Source: Lama glama (Eukaryota). Taken from it: a DNA stretch of 64,000 bases. The notes beneath the pieces were generated by a model. It had not been told where the DNA came from and searched no databases. It saw only the letters and a program-made list of their open reading frames with translations. This document shows positions 1 through 12,939 of this stretch, piece after piece. Every line of letters starts with the position of its first letter. Within the stretch, counting starts at the first letter, position 1. The stretch covers positions 41,540,001-41,604,000 of the forward strand of contig CM052821.1 of the NCBI GenBank assembly GCA_028534125.1. The letters are read 5' to 3'. A program made the position numbers and the translations under genes.

Positions 1-54
1 TGCTTGGCCACAATTATCATCATCCTCTTATGTCAACATGCAGAGAGCATGGTC

Positions 55-225
55 GACTGGGAAACTGGGACGTAGTCGGGGTTCTCGCCTGCTGTTAAGT
101 ACCTACATGACACTGGGCAATTATAGTCTCCCTTTTCCCTAATCTGAACACTGGAGGAACTGCAGATAATCTTCCCACTCATAGGACTGTAGAGATAACC
201 TATGTGAAAGTGCTTTGGAAAAAAT
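55..225 (+). mobile_element. MIR SINE remnant
   Basis: Degenerate MIR core (…gggcaa…ttttccctaatctg…ataacctatgtgaaagtgcttt). Confidence 0.55.
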
Positions 226-1209
226 AAAAAGTAGTCAGAGCCTTAAATAATACATTCCAGCACTTAGAAGAGCTGTTTTATGTCAAAAAAAAAAAAGGAA
301 TGGTTTTCCTGTGATTTAAGAAGACTGTAATTTCAGTGGCGTGTTCATCAGTAGTAAATACTATCTCCTTTCACTACTACTGAAAAACCATCTATCAAGT
401 GCTGAATTGCACAAATGCCAATAATTACTTAGTTGCCCTCCTCAAATCCTCCCTAAACTGGTCACAGTCATGATAAACAGCTAACAGAGAAGTGGCTGGC
501 CGACGGAAAGTGGCAGTGGTGAGCAAACGCTGGCTTAGAGTCCAAAATAAATACCAAATCGTTTAAAAATAGCTGCATGATTTCGTAAACGCTAGAACAC
601 ATACACACAAAACTCTTCAAGTTACTTGGGTAAACTGTGATAAACATGATAAAAATATCCTGAATTTTAAAATCAGACATGAACTTTCCCAAGTTCTCTC
701 TTCAATCCTTAGCAAAGTGTCCTTCTAGAGAGTCTGTAGAATCTGGATGGAATTGGGGAAACAATGTCTGTTTGTCTGTTTCTGGGTCACAGCTATCCAG
801 CCTTGTATATATTTCTGTATCTTCAAAGATTCAATTTAATCGCTTATAAAAATAGGATAATAGTTTCTCCCCTGCCCATTGTGTGGTGCTTTAAAAGGAC
901 CAAATGTGAAAATGTCTTGAAAACAGAGGAGGCTTACATAAGGGAGATATATCTCTACCAGTTTTCATTATGGTCCAAGGCTCTGGAACTTCATCTGGGG
1001 AAAAAAACCAGAGGTGGTGAGCAGTGGAGAATCTAAAGAGTTATTAAAGGCCACCATCAATAATAAAAGGACAGAATCCTCTTTAGAGGATTTTGTTAGA
1101 AATGAGGCAAAAAGAAACCAAAAATAATGGACTGGCAATCTCTAAGCAACCAGCTTCTGGTTTCTAGGAATCTGTATCTGTCTAGCCAAAAATCAAGAAG
1201 TGATATATT

Positions 1210-1447
1210 GCAGGGGTAGGGAGGGGAGGATAAATGAGGAGTTTGGGATTAACAAATACACACTACTATATATAAGATAGAAAAACAACAAGGACCTTCT
1301 ATACAGCACAGGGAACTGTACTCAGTATGTTTGTGATAACCTATAATGGAAAAGAATCTGAAAAAGAATGCAGATATAACTGAATCACTTTTCTGTACAC
1401 CTGAAACTAATACAACATTGTAAATCAACTATACTTCAACTTAAAAA
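1210..1447 (+). mobile_element. 5'-truncated L1 3' end (artiodactyl-type)
   Basis: ggataaatgaggagtttgggattaac…ctgtacacctgaaactaatacaacattgtaaatcaactatacttcaa, then an A-rich tail. Confidence 0.85.
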
Positions 1448-3989
1448 TACTATATATTAAAAAAGAATAAAGCTACAGGAAGTGTTACGTTGCATAAATG
1501 GAACAGATTCATAGCAAATATATCCAAATGTATTTATTCAAATAAAATGTTGTCTCCCTCAAAATAACCACATGCATCTTCTTTTTCCAAATAGACAACT
1601 CCCCTTTTCCCTGGTTCAAAACATTTTTAGATTTGCTTCACATTTGGTTTGTCAACCAAAATGATGTTGCTCAGAGTTGGCCCCTGCAGTTTTGGTTCCT
1701 GTCCCAAAAATGCAATCTGTTGTTGAAGGCTGACATTTCTCATCGGAGATTATTCAAAAGAAAGTACCGAAAGTCTTCAATCACAGGCAGTCACGAAAGG
1801 GTCTTCAAACTGCTTTAGCAATGGCCGCTTCGACGTTAATACTATGTAGCTTTACCTACAGTTGTACAGGGAACTGCCTGGAAGGGCCTGAGAGAGTTCC
1901 GGTTTTGTTCTATTGTTAACCAGTCACATTACATCATAGTGACACCTTGTGCGTTTGTGTGTGTGGATGCTCAGCTGCACCTGAACGGATCTGTAGCTGC
2001 GGGCGTGAGCTGTCAATCACAGCAGGCATTCTTTAGCATCCTTTAGACTGCTGCCTTTTTACCTGGAGCAACTGATGTAAATTTGACTCTCTAGACTCTG
2101 CTTTATTAGAGTGAAAAACTAGTTTTACCTACTGGTCATTATTCTTTATCTCAGTGGCCTGTTCTTATTTTCATCATACTTCCTTATCTCAAATGATTTT
2201 GTTACCCTGTTGGTTGCTTTTTCTCCCAATATAGACTATAAGTCCCATCTGAGCAGGGCCTTCTGGATCCTGTTCAACTCTGCAGCCCAAGGGCTGGAGC
2301 ATAACAGATGCTTAATAAGTATTTTTAAGAGGAGGGGGGTCCCAGGTCTGGGCTGAGGTTTTATTCACTTCTCTATGAAGGAGGTTGGCTGATGGTTCAT
2401 CTACACTGAGTCAGAAACAGGTGAGGGAGCCAAGGTCATTTAGCTGCACTTTCCTCCCCAATCCCCTCCACCCACACCCATCACCTCTGCCAGTTCCCAC
2501 CCTCCTCACATCTGCATTCTTGGATAAATGTTCTCAGTCTTAAAGTATTGAGCAAATGCAGCTTCCGCCAACAATTCCAGCCACTGCTGTCCTTTTCTGC
2601 ATAGAAATTATGGAGCTGCCAAGGAAACCCAAAGTTTTGAGTGTTTTATTTTGGGCGGGTGCTATGGTATCGCTCTGGCTCCTACAGCAGCTGGCTGTCT
2701 CTGTGTATGTCTTTCTGTTTCTCCCTCTCTCTCCGTCTCCCTTCCCCTCTCCCTCTCTGTCTGCCCCACCAAGATCAAGGCTCATATCGCACTCTGCCCC
2801 AGTCAGGGGTCATGGACAGGGATAACTGTCATAATCGCTGAAGTCTGAAATGCAGGCATTAGACATTTTCTCCAAGTGAGCTTATACTTACAGTCAGCTT
2901 TGGGGGTGGGGGTCACGGTAAAAACGGTTTGTTAAATGTAAACAGTTAAAATCAGTGTTATCCCTTTTGGGCATTTCTCCATTTTTAAAGATACTGGGAG
3001 TCCCAAGAAATGGAACTGGCTTGGACCTTCTCCATATCTGAAAGGTCCTGAATATGATGGAAAACTCTGGGGAGTTCTACCCTGAGGAGAGAGTCAAAAC
3101 CTGTGGGTTGGGACCTAGTGCCTCCACCTGCCAGCTCTGCGACCTTGGCCAAGTCACCAGCCCTTGGTGTGAAAAGAAGGGCAAGTCCAGATATGCTTTC
3201 ATCCCCACCAGCTAGCAAATTCTCTGATATTAAAAAATGAGAATTTTTACCACCAATTCCTTTTCACCTTTGTTTTGGCTGCTACGTTTACAACAGAAGG
3301 GGCTAAAATAAACTGACCTTTTTGAAGATGACTTTTATTATATGGAATTAAGAGTTTACCATTAACAAACTTCAGGAAACTGAACAGAGGGTGGAGCTGA
3401 AAGTAAAGTATCAGTCGGTTTACTGAGAAATTGCATTTTTTGCACCTCAGTGGCTAAGCTAATTTAAAAAAAAAAACAACTTCTTGACGCTTCTAGCCAC
3501 TGGATCACAGGGGACTGACTCATCTCAACACGCTTCACAACTAGTCAGGTGGAGCCAGTTTGTATTATTATCTGTAATTAAAAACATCTAACTCAAAGGG
3601 AACAAAAACCAGAAGGGGGAGGGGAAATGGCAGAGAAAGTGAATTTGGTCTACACATGCTTCACAAATAATGAGCAACGGAGGAGAAAGGAATGTCTGTT
3701 TTGATAGCTAATGACTAGCATAAGGCAAGAGCCAAAAGTCTTTCTAAAAAAGGGAATTCTCAAATTCCTCCATTCTTATCAAAACCTCTTAAGTAGATAA
3801 TGTCACTGGCTTCCTTCAAATAGATGAACTCAGTTTTCCCGGGTTCCCATCCCTGTGGTCACTCTTACACCCTTTTCCCCCAACATAGTGTTTAAAATCT
3901 GGGGGGCAGACATTAAAATAGAGAAAGACACTTCAGAAGAAAAGAACTGATTTCTGGTTTCTCCAAAAATTACAAGATCTGGTGACAAT

Positions 3990-4200
3990 GGACCCCCCCC
4001 CCATGTTCTCTCCATTCTCTCTACCCCCTCTGCTTTCCTCCCTCCCTTCTCCCTGTCCCTTCTCTTCTCGCTTCTGGGGGGGAGGGCATTCTCTCCCCCC
4101 AGTTCTATCTCCACACCTCATCCTCCCCCTACTCCTTGTCCTCCCCTCTTCTCTCCTCTTCTGGTTTCCTCTCCCTCCCTCCCAATCTCTCTTTAAAAAC
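3990..4200. repeat. Low-complexity polypyrimidine (C/T) tract
   Basis: About 200 bp strongly enriched in C/T on the + strand. Confidence 0.75.
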
Positions 4201-4724
4201 CCCAGTCCACTTTATTTACTTATTTAGATTTCCTGCCTGGCCCCTTTGGGACTTGAGTTTTCTTCCCCTGGTCACAAGGCGGGTTGGGTCTGTGTTTCCT
4301 TTGTTTACACTACATTTTTAAAAGGTTTTCCTGCTCCTGAGTTTTTGTCTTAATGTCAGTATAATATGACCAACTTAGTAGTAAAGACCAGAAAGATCGA
4401 CTTTATTTAGATGTGTGTCAGTGATATAAACAGAGAAGGTACAAAGAGCGAGGGTATTAGAACTGTGAATGGAAACAAATAGGTACAAATTAAGAAAAGT
4501 GAGGAGATTTCACCAGCAGACTAAAAAATCCCAGAATCCATTAAAATGAATCTGTAGTTAAGAGAACCTGATCTCATTAAGCTTCCAACCTTAAGGGACT
4601 GACTTTATGGTGAACCCTGATAATAAACTAGTCTTTAAAATATGTGTGCTTGAGTAATTGACTAGTATGTATTCTAAACCAGTTAAATGCTGGGACTATA
4701 ACTACCACCAGTGAAGTCCTTGGG

Positions 4725-4905
4725 TACAGGTCAGGAGCTCTTCAATTTATCACCTTGGAAGATTTTATTAAAAAAAAAAACTCATGTTTAAATCCACTCC
4801 AAGGGTTTAGGATTTAATTGGTGTGCAGTGTGGCCTGCACATTGGGATTTTAAAAAATCTCGCCAGGTGCTTCTAAAATGTGACAAAATTTTATAAGGAC
4901 TGCTG
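4725..4905. mobile_element. MER5-family (hAT-Charlie) DNA transposon remnant
   Basis: atcacct…atttaattggt…gggattttaaaa…ccaggtg…tctaa motifs. Confidence 0.6.
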
Positions 4906-5689
4906 TAGGCGGTGCTTTAACTGTAATTAAACATTAGGGCTATTGCCTCTAAACGCCGATCTTAGTTCTTGAAAGAAAAGAAAATCCTCTGCCTATCCCC
5001 ATAGCTGGAGGCAGAGGGCTGCAGGCAACTCCTCCAAAAGGTGTGTCCTGCCATTTAACTAAGGATTTGAGAGAAGAGGAGGCCAGAGGGTAAATTGTTT
5101 TACCCCAAACGAAAATGTTATCTGATCCACCAATGGAAATTCCACAGTATTATCGGAACTTCATTCCTGAAATGAGCCTTGATATCCCCATCTGTAAAAT
5201 GGAGACAATTAATTCCTCCCTTTGAAGGATGCTGTGAAGACTAAATGAGATCATGTATATAAAGCAATGGTTGGTTCTGAATAAACAGTAACTATTTTTT
5301 TAATTCAATATTCAGTGGCTTTAGTTGTTCCTCAAAATCCTAGCCAATAACTCTAGCTAAGATTAATCTCTCCTCCCTGGCATTACAAAGCACTCCAATT
5401 TCAAGTGACCTGGTATCGTTCTGTACTTGTTCAACCAATGTGGTCTTACTGGATAGACAAGAATTATTTGAAAGAAAGGGAAATTAAAGAGATCATTTAT
5501 CAGCAATGAAGGCCCGCCTGTCGCTCACACTATTTAACACAACACATTGAAAGACTCTACCCTAAAACTGTCAGAAGAAACTGGCCATGAATTTTAAAGT
5601 GATACCCAGAAAAATCAATGAGGCAGGAGTTGAGGAAGGAGCGTGGAATCACATTTTCCTTTTCAAAGGGAGAATAACTCATCATTTAT

Positions 5690-6863
5690 GGATTACTTTT
5701 TCATTGTAGCTGTAACAAATTACCACAAACTTGGTGGCTTCCACACCGCAAATTCATTATCATACAGTCCGTATGTTATGAAAGGTAACAACATTCACCT
5801 CCCCCAAATACGCCGCTTTGGCGCACTGATCATTCTGAGCAGTAGGCACTGGGAAAATAGCAAATGCAGGGGAGGTTTCTCTCTTCCCCCCTTACCTACC
5901 TACAGACAGAATCTCCAAAACAAACTCGACTGTCATAAATCCCCTTCCCAGGAATTGCCTCAGCCAGAGAAGACTGACGTTTACCGCCAGAGGAGACACG
6001 CAGTCGACATCAAACCCAGACCAACTTTGTCACAAACGATTATAGCTCCCATCTGTACTTCCAAGGGCCTGTTCATCTTTCATAAGCATCATTTGCTCTC
6101 CTCTAAGAGGTTTACACCCCTCCTTCCCTGTTAATATGGTGTTTAATCCTGAATTCTAAACCTACGTTTTTGAGTTACTCGTTTTCCTGGGTATCTCCCG
6201 TGCATACACGAGGTACACACGTTAATAAACTTCTGTTTGTTTGTCTCTCTTTTAATACAGGGCATTTCAGCCAAGAACTCAGAAAGGTAGAGGGAAAATT
6301 AATATTTCTTCCCCATAGTTAGAAACAGGACATGGATTCCGCTGGGCTAAAAGCAAGGGCTGGCAAGGTACATGGCTTTCTGGGAGCTCAAGGGAGAATC
6401 CTTTACCTGGCTTTTTCCAGCTCCTAGAGTCTGCTCTCCTTGACTCTTGCTCCCTTCAGGAAACTTCAAAGCTGACAACATTAAGCAGAGCCCTTCTTCA
6501 TGCTGCCAGCTCTCTGGATCTCTTTCCTATATCACATCTCCCTCTGACTCTGTCTCTTCTGCTTCTCTTTTCCACTGTGAGGAATGCTTGTGATTAAAAT
6601 GGTCCCACCTGGATAATCCAGCATCAGCTTCCTATTATAAGGTTAGCTGATTAGCAATTGATTCCATCTGCTCCCAAATTCCTCCTTTGCCATGTGACCT
6701 AACATAGTCACAAAGCAACAAACTAGGGGGAGAGAAATTCAACTAGACTGCCAGGTGGGTTGCAGTCAGTGATCATCCTCTCTCAGCTCAGTCAAAACTG
6801 ACTTATCCCAGTTCCCAGGATTAGGATGGGGACATCTTTGGGGGCCATTATTCTGCCTATTAC
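5690..6863. mobile_element. MLT1 (ERVL-MaLR) LTR, interrupted
   Basis: gctgtaacaaattaccacaaacttggtggctt start and ggggccattattctgcctattaca end. Confidence 0.8.
5779..6317 (+). mobile_element. ERV1 solo LTR (MER34-like) nested in MLT1
   Basis: Starts TGAAAGG, has an AATAAA, ends cttccccata; flanked by the 4-bp TSD GTTA (5775-78 and 6318-21). Confidence 0.75.
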
Positions 6864-8076
6864 ATTTTGAACTCACCCTGAGAAGCTACTTAGGATCAAG
6901 AGTTTGTAAAGAAGTTTGTCTGGTACAAGACAGAAGACCGTGACAGTAACTGACAAGTGGCTCATTCACAAGGCCATCAGGCCCCTTCTCCTCCACGCCT
7001 GATCCATGGCAGACATTGCTAATCAACCAGGAATAATCGTAACCTTATAATCCTTCTGCACACAGCATGCTAGGTAATCCACCAGTACATTAATCAGACT
7101 TGGCAAGCAAACTGAAATCTATTTTCCATACTAACTCAGAACAGTTTTAGTAGAAAGAGACATTCTCTCGGGGCCTTTTTTGGCATAAGATGTTGATCCA
7201 ATGTTTTTAAATTGGCAGACAAAAGGAGTCCCAGCTGGGCTAAATAAAGAGATCATAATAAGATAGTAAAATAAGTGGAATAATTTATTCAGCGCTTGAC
7301 AGAAATCTGTGTTCCTACGACAACTTGTAGAAAATCCATTCAGGAACTAAGAAAGTCTGCATTTATTACTGGCCCTGCCCACATAACTCAAAAGCCTTCT
7401 CTTGAGATTTATTATAACAAATCTTTTTTTTCTAAGAGAATATTTTGCTTAGATAAATATTTGAATATATGTTTATATATAGTTATCTGAAAGCTTTTAC
7501 TATTCTAAAACACAACACTCTGATCTTTTACAAGTAATACATAATTATGGTAGTGAATTTAGGAAAAACAAAGAAGAAACAAAAAAGAAAAACCACATGT
7601 AATTCTATCTGTCAGAAGTAAATTTTGGTTCTCATTCTGCCAGATGTATTTACATTCATTTATTCATTCAGCATATTTTTATTGAGCCTTTGTGCCAGGC
7701 ACTATTCTAGGTTTTGAGAGGACAGAATGAAAAAGATTAAAAAAAAGATTTATACCATCAATGAACCCAGTTATGTAGCAAAAAAAAAAATTACACCAAA
7801 AATGATACTATATTTTTCATATTGTTTTTAACTGGCTATTTCTATATGCTAGTTTTTTTTTAATATCCCTCTAATTTTGTCAGGTTTTTGTGGTTTCCCA
7901 ACATTCTTGTTGCTCTGAGAGACAAGATGATCACTGATTGCTATATAATTGGTAGACCAGTCCGACTTGTCTTTCCATCGTTGAATACTATGTGATCAGG
8001 AAGAAATCTTCCCCAAAAGAGAGAATGTTGTGAATTCTCACACCACAAAAGGAACTGGGAGAGCTTCATTCATCTT

Positions 8077-8595
8077 GTGCCAGTTATATATTGCTGCATG
8101 GTGTGTCCTCATAAAAAAAACTTAGTGGCTTAAGACAACAATGTTCATTATATTATTATTAACTCTCACCATTCTGAAGGTTTTCCTTGGCTCAGAGGGG
8201 CAATTCCCTGTTGGAGATTTTCCCTCATGTGGTCTGACAGTTCTTGGTACTGAAGTCACCTCTCAGGTTTCTTTATTCACATGGCCCATCATTATGGCTG
8301 TTGGCTGGGATGTGCAGCCTGGAGCACCCACACAGCCTCTCTGTGTGGCCTTGGCTTCTTCAACCATGGTTGTTGGGTTTCAAGATCAAGTGTCCCAAAA
8401 GCACTTGGCAGAAGCTATATTGCCTGTTATGACTTAGCCTCAGACATCACCTAGGGTGACTGCCCCTGTGGTCACAGGCCTATCGGATTCAAGGGGAGGA
8501 AACAGAGATACCATTGCTTGACAGGAGGGGTATCAATGTCACATTGTAAGCGGTGAGGTAGACTGTGGTGACCATTTGGATGCAGTCTGCCATCT
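8077..8595. mobile_element. MLT1 LTR
   Basis: tattgctgc…aaaacttagtggcttaa…attcaaggggagg motifs. Confidence 0.7.
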
Positions 8596-11164
8596 GTCTT
8601 GGCCTCCTTCCACTGTTCCTCCATATGGTTAAAACCCAGGACAGCAGACTTTCAGGGCCCCTCTCAGCTTAAGAGAAAAAGTGCTATCACTATCAAGACT
8701 CTAAAAAAAAATACATCTCAAAGATTCATTTTAGTAAAAAAGAACAAATAATTGAATAACCAACTATCCTAATTTCCCCTCTATTTATCCCATGGATTCA
8801 CATTTACAAGTATTAGTTGACAATAAAATGACTTGATCAGGTTGTTTTTCCTCTTTAATTTGCAAAATTCGCCTGAGAAAGTGACTCAGAGAGAAACAAT
8901 CTTTCCCATGTATGAAGCATAGGAAGAACCATGAGCTAATTTGGCATAAAAGACAATGAAAATTATAGTGTAAGTTAATGAGTGTTTAAATGTAATATTA
9001 AGGAGGCTGTTAAATGGGTTCCAGACGTCTGTGGGATCTCCACGCACGTCATTGGGAAGGCATAAACACATTAAATCACAACAGGTTACTCTTACCAAAA
9101 AATAAGATAAGAATTTGGAGAAATGATTAATAAATATTTGCTAAAAAAAATCAACATTTTATCCTTTTATTTCAATACTTCTTGAATACCTGTGATGTAT
9201 CTGGTACAAATAAATACTATGTACTCAAGGTATACTAGCTATTTAGGAAATATATAAAGTAATATTAAAATGATTGATACTCTATCACTTTATAGCACAA
9301 AAAAATCCTATTATAGTATATACCATTTTGAACATGGATTCTATAGAGCAGATATACAAATATAGCAGAATATCCGTAACAGTGTGAACATCTCAGTGAA
9401 CACCTTTTGCTGTCATCCAGCAAGTACTTCCTCAACTCTTTAAAAACAAGAGTTACTTTACAGGTCCTAATTATTTCCTGAGGAGAGGACAGTCAAGCTG
9501 GATGGGAACTGAATGCCACACCTGTCTTTCGTCCTGATGTCAGAGAAGTACCCGCTTCTTCCCATTCGGTAGAAATTCTCCAGTCCTCACTCTAGAAGCC
9601 AACATAAAGAAGGATTCCAAGTTCAATCCTTTCTCCTTGTTAATTCACCAGAGTGAATGTTCATTGTTTCTTTCAGACCTGTTTCTAACCATGAGTTCAT
9701 TAAAACTAAAGTTCTTGCTTTAAAACCTTTTTCTATGCTGTAGAGCCCATTATAATGTGAGTTGACTCCCACCATCTCCAAGAACGTCGTGCATTCATTA
9801 GTTGATAAAATCAACCCAAGAAATCTGAGATTCTTATGCATGACATGCTTGACTTTGTGAACTTGGTGGGTCATTTCACTTAATAAGGAGGAGAAAAAAG
9901 GAGGAACAGACAGGAGAAAACTATCATAAGCTAGCAAAGGGAAGTCCTGCTTTGGTCTCTATCTATTGTTTTTCGTTTCTGAGGCTTGGTTTAGTTTGGG
10001 CTGGCTCTGGCTGGGGAAGGGGTGCTTTCGCCTGGTGTCAGGAAGGGGCTCCCAGCACTGCCCGGACAAAAAAAATGCCCAGGCAAATCCCCCTTGTCCT
10101 CGAATCACAGCCTTTTCTCCTCAATGTGAAGGATGGTGTAGGGAACTCACATCATCCAGGTCTCTTCCAGAAAACTTCATTTTCTTTGTTGAATCATATA
10201 CTTAAGCAGGGAGAGGAAATGATGAAAACGTTTTTTTCCTTCCTGTTCTGAGACTCATGGCTTGTATGGGTCCCTGAGTGGGGACTGCAGTCACCTGGTG
10301 GGCTTTCTAGGGTTTTCCGTGGATATTTATTTGTCTGCTGTTGGTATTTTAAATGATGTAGAAATAAGCTTATGTAGCTTGAATTTTTGCCTTAATTTTT
10401 GATATTATGACTACCATAGTGTCACAGTTTTCCTCCAGATACTGCAGACATGTAAACCACATGATAATGATGAAACACGACTTTTTTTTTTTTAAGTTTT
10501 ATACACATTTTATTCTTAGGTCAAAGAAGCCTAACAGTCTAGGAAGCCAAAAAAAACTTTTTTTCTGCCTTCTTTTGGATTGAGTAATTTTATGATTCCA
10601 TTTTATTACCTTTGATGGCTTGTTAGGTTGCTTTAGGCTGCTGTTATGAAATAGTGGAGAAGAAACTGTAGCAGTTGTGATGGATTCATTCCCGGTTTTC
10701 CAAATCTGTCATAAAAATCAAGGTTTCACTTCACAGGCATTTCATATATATACCTGAGAAATCAATTTATAAAACCCAAGTGAATTGGCCTTTTCATGAT
10801 TGGCCTTTCTCTGGTTTGACTTCATAAATCCTTTTCCTCTGTATTCGTTCATTCATTCTGCCAACATTCTCTTAGCACCTAATATACCCCAAGCCCTGTG
10901 CAGTAGGCTGGGAGCCCAAGGAGAGTGGAACAAACAAACAGACAACATCCTGGTCCTCAGGGAGTTTCAAACCTTGCAGGGAACCAGACAACAACTAGTC
11001 GGAAAACGACGCGTTTATACAGGATGCACTTAATGCCTTTTGCAACAAATACTCCAGACGTTGTGCAAGGTGGTAGGAATAGAGTAGACAGCAAAAAAAA
11101 AAAAGGCACTTGTTCTGATGAGATAGGCCTGAATCAAATGCTATACAGTTATAAGTCAAATGTT

Positions 11165-11660
11165 ATATAGTTTAGAACCTTTTCAATCCCAACTGGCTGA
11201 AAACACGACTCACACTGGCATAAGTGAAAAAAAAAGGGGGGTGTTTACTGGTTCACGGAGCTAAAAAGCTGAGGGCTGGCTGAGATGTGGATTGGTGTAC
11301 GGGCTTAAACAGTATCCCTGAACCCTGGTACCCTTCCTTCTTTCAGCCCCGCTTACCTGTGTTTTGGTTCCCATTCCACACTCAAATCCAGTCGTGAAAG
11401 AAGAGTGTTTCCCTTCTCCCAGCAAGTATCCTGGGCATGATGCCCTACCAGACCAAAATAGAACACTGCACTTTCCCTAAACTCATCCTGGCCTGGGGAA
11501 CGTGGTGCCCCGATGGGCCAGGCCTAGTCAGGTGCCTATCCATAGACATGGGGGTGGAGCCAGTTCCAGGAGAAGCCTGGACATTGAGAGTAGGGAGGAG
11601 GGTGGTCCCCAGGAGAAATTGGGGACGCCTTACCCGAGGCGGGGACCTGGCCTAGTGCAG
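11165..11660. mobile_element. Old MLT1 LTR remnant
   Basis: aaaac…actcacactggc..aag…tttactggttca motif. Confidence 0.45.
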
Positions 11661-12939
11661 CCAACGCACACCAGTCAGGTCCCCTGCAATCTCCCGTGCT
11701 GTCCAGTCCCTGGGCCCTCCTATTCCTGGAGATGATCATAACAACCAAAATTCCACCAAAAGCAATTTCCATCCCTAATGGTGCCTCTCAAAGGTTCTCA
11801 AATGTGACTCAGTTCACAGCCCACAGACACACATCCTGATCTTCCCTTTCCTCTCACTCTCAGTATCTCTCATGTCCTGTATTGTCCCAGGGCCTCTGTG
11901 CACGCCCCGTTTTCCAGCCCCACCCAAATTCTTCCCAAGCCCAGCTCACACCCCAGCTGCCCTTCCCTCAGTTCTTGTGCCTCAGCTCTCCTTGTCTGGG
12001 CTGCCTTTCCCCTCACCTCCAGTACGTCCCGCCCCTTAGTGTGGATCCTCTAGGCTCACCTGTTCCTCAAGTTTTCCCTCCACTGATGACCCCACCCTGC
12101 ATCATGAAGTTCAGGAATTTTCTTAAAAGGTGGAAGATGGAAGGGACCTATTAGCCACAAAAGATTGGACTGTTTTAATCTGAGAAGGTGAAAAATGCAA
12201 ACACTTATGTCTTCTCTTCTGTCTCTGCCATCCGAATAATCTTACCCCACAGTGAATACAGTTTCAAAATGTGATAAGAATCTGAGATGGGGTTAGAGGG
12301 GCCTGTGGTGAACTTTCGAATGAAGACCTAGAGGATGAAGAAATAAGTGAATGAGTTCGGCAGGTGAGAAAGTGTTCTGAGGAGGGGACACGTCCCTGGA
12401 CAGGACCCTGAGCCTGGAGGAGAGGAAGTGAAAAGAATGTGTTCAGAGTGAGGAGAGCGGGACAAGGGGTGAGGCTGAGGGGTAGACCCCGGTGATCCCC
12501 AAGCAGTGGACAGCAACGACCAAGCAGAAGAGTTTGGCCCAGAAGTTCTGCAGGGTTTCCTGGAGTCTCAGGCAGACAAAGGAAAGTACTTTCAATAGTG
12601 CTGCTAAGCCCCAGTCTTGGGAGAAAGAAATCCGTTTCCAACCCCCCGCACCTGGGTCGCTGGGCCCTGGCGATCTGAGTTATGTAAGGGCTCTGAGAGG
12701 GAAGAAATGCGAAGAGCCTTCAGCACAGTGTCTCCTGGCTGAACTTGTTAGTCTTCGTCTGTGATACGCTGAAGTCAGAAAAGGGATCACTGCCAACATC
12801 ATTTTGCTGTTATGATTAGTTCAAGTTTCTAATCTTTCACTGCACAACTTCTTGAGAGAAATGAAATGCTAAAAGGAGATAAAAGCTAGCTTGTTTATTT
12901 GCCTAAGAGTATGGGGTGGGGGGAGCTAGTTTATTTGCC

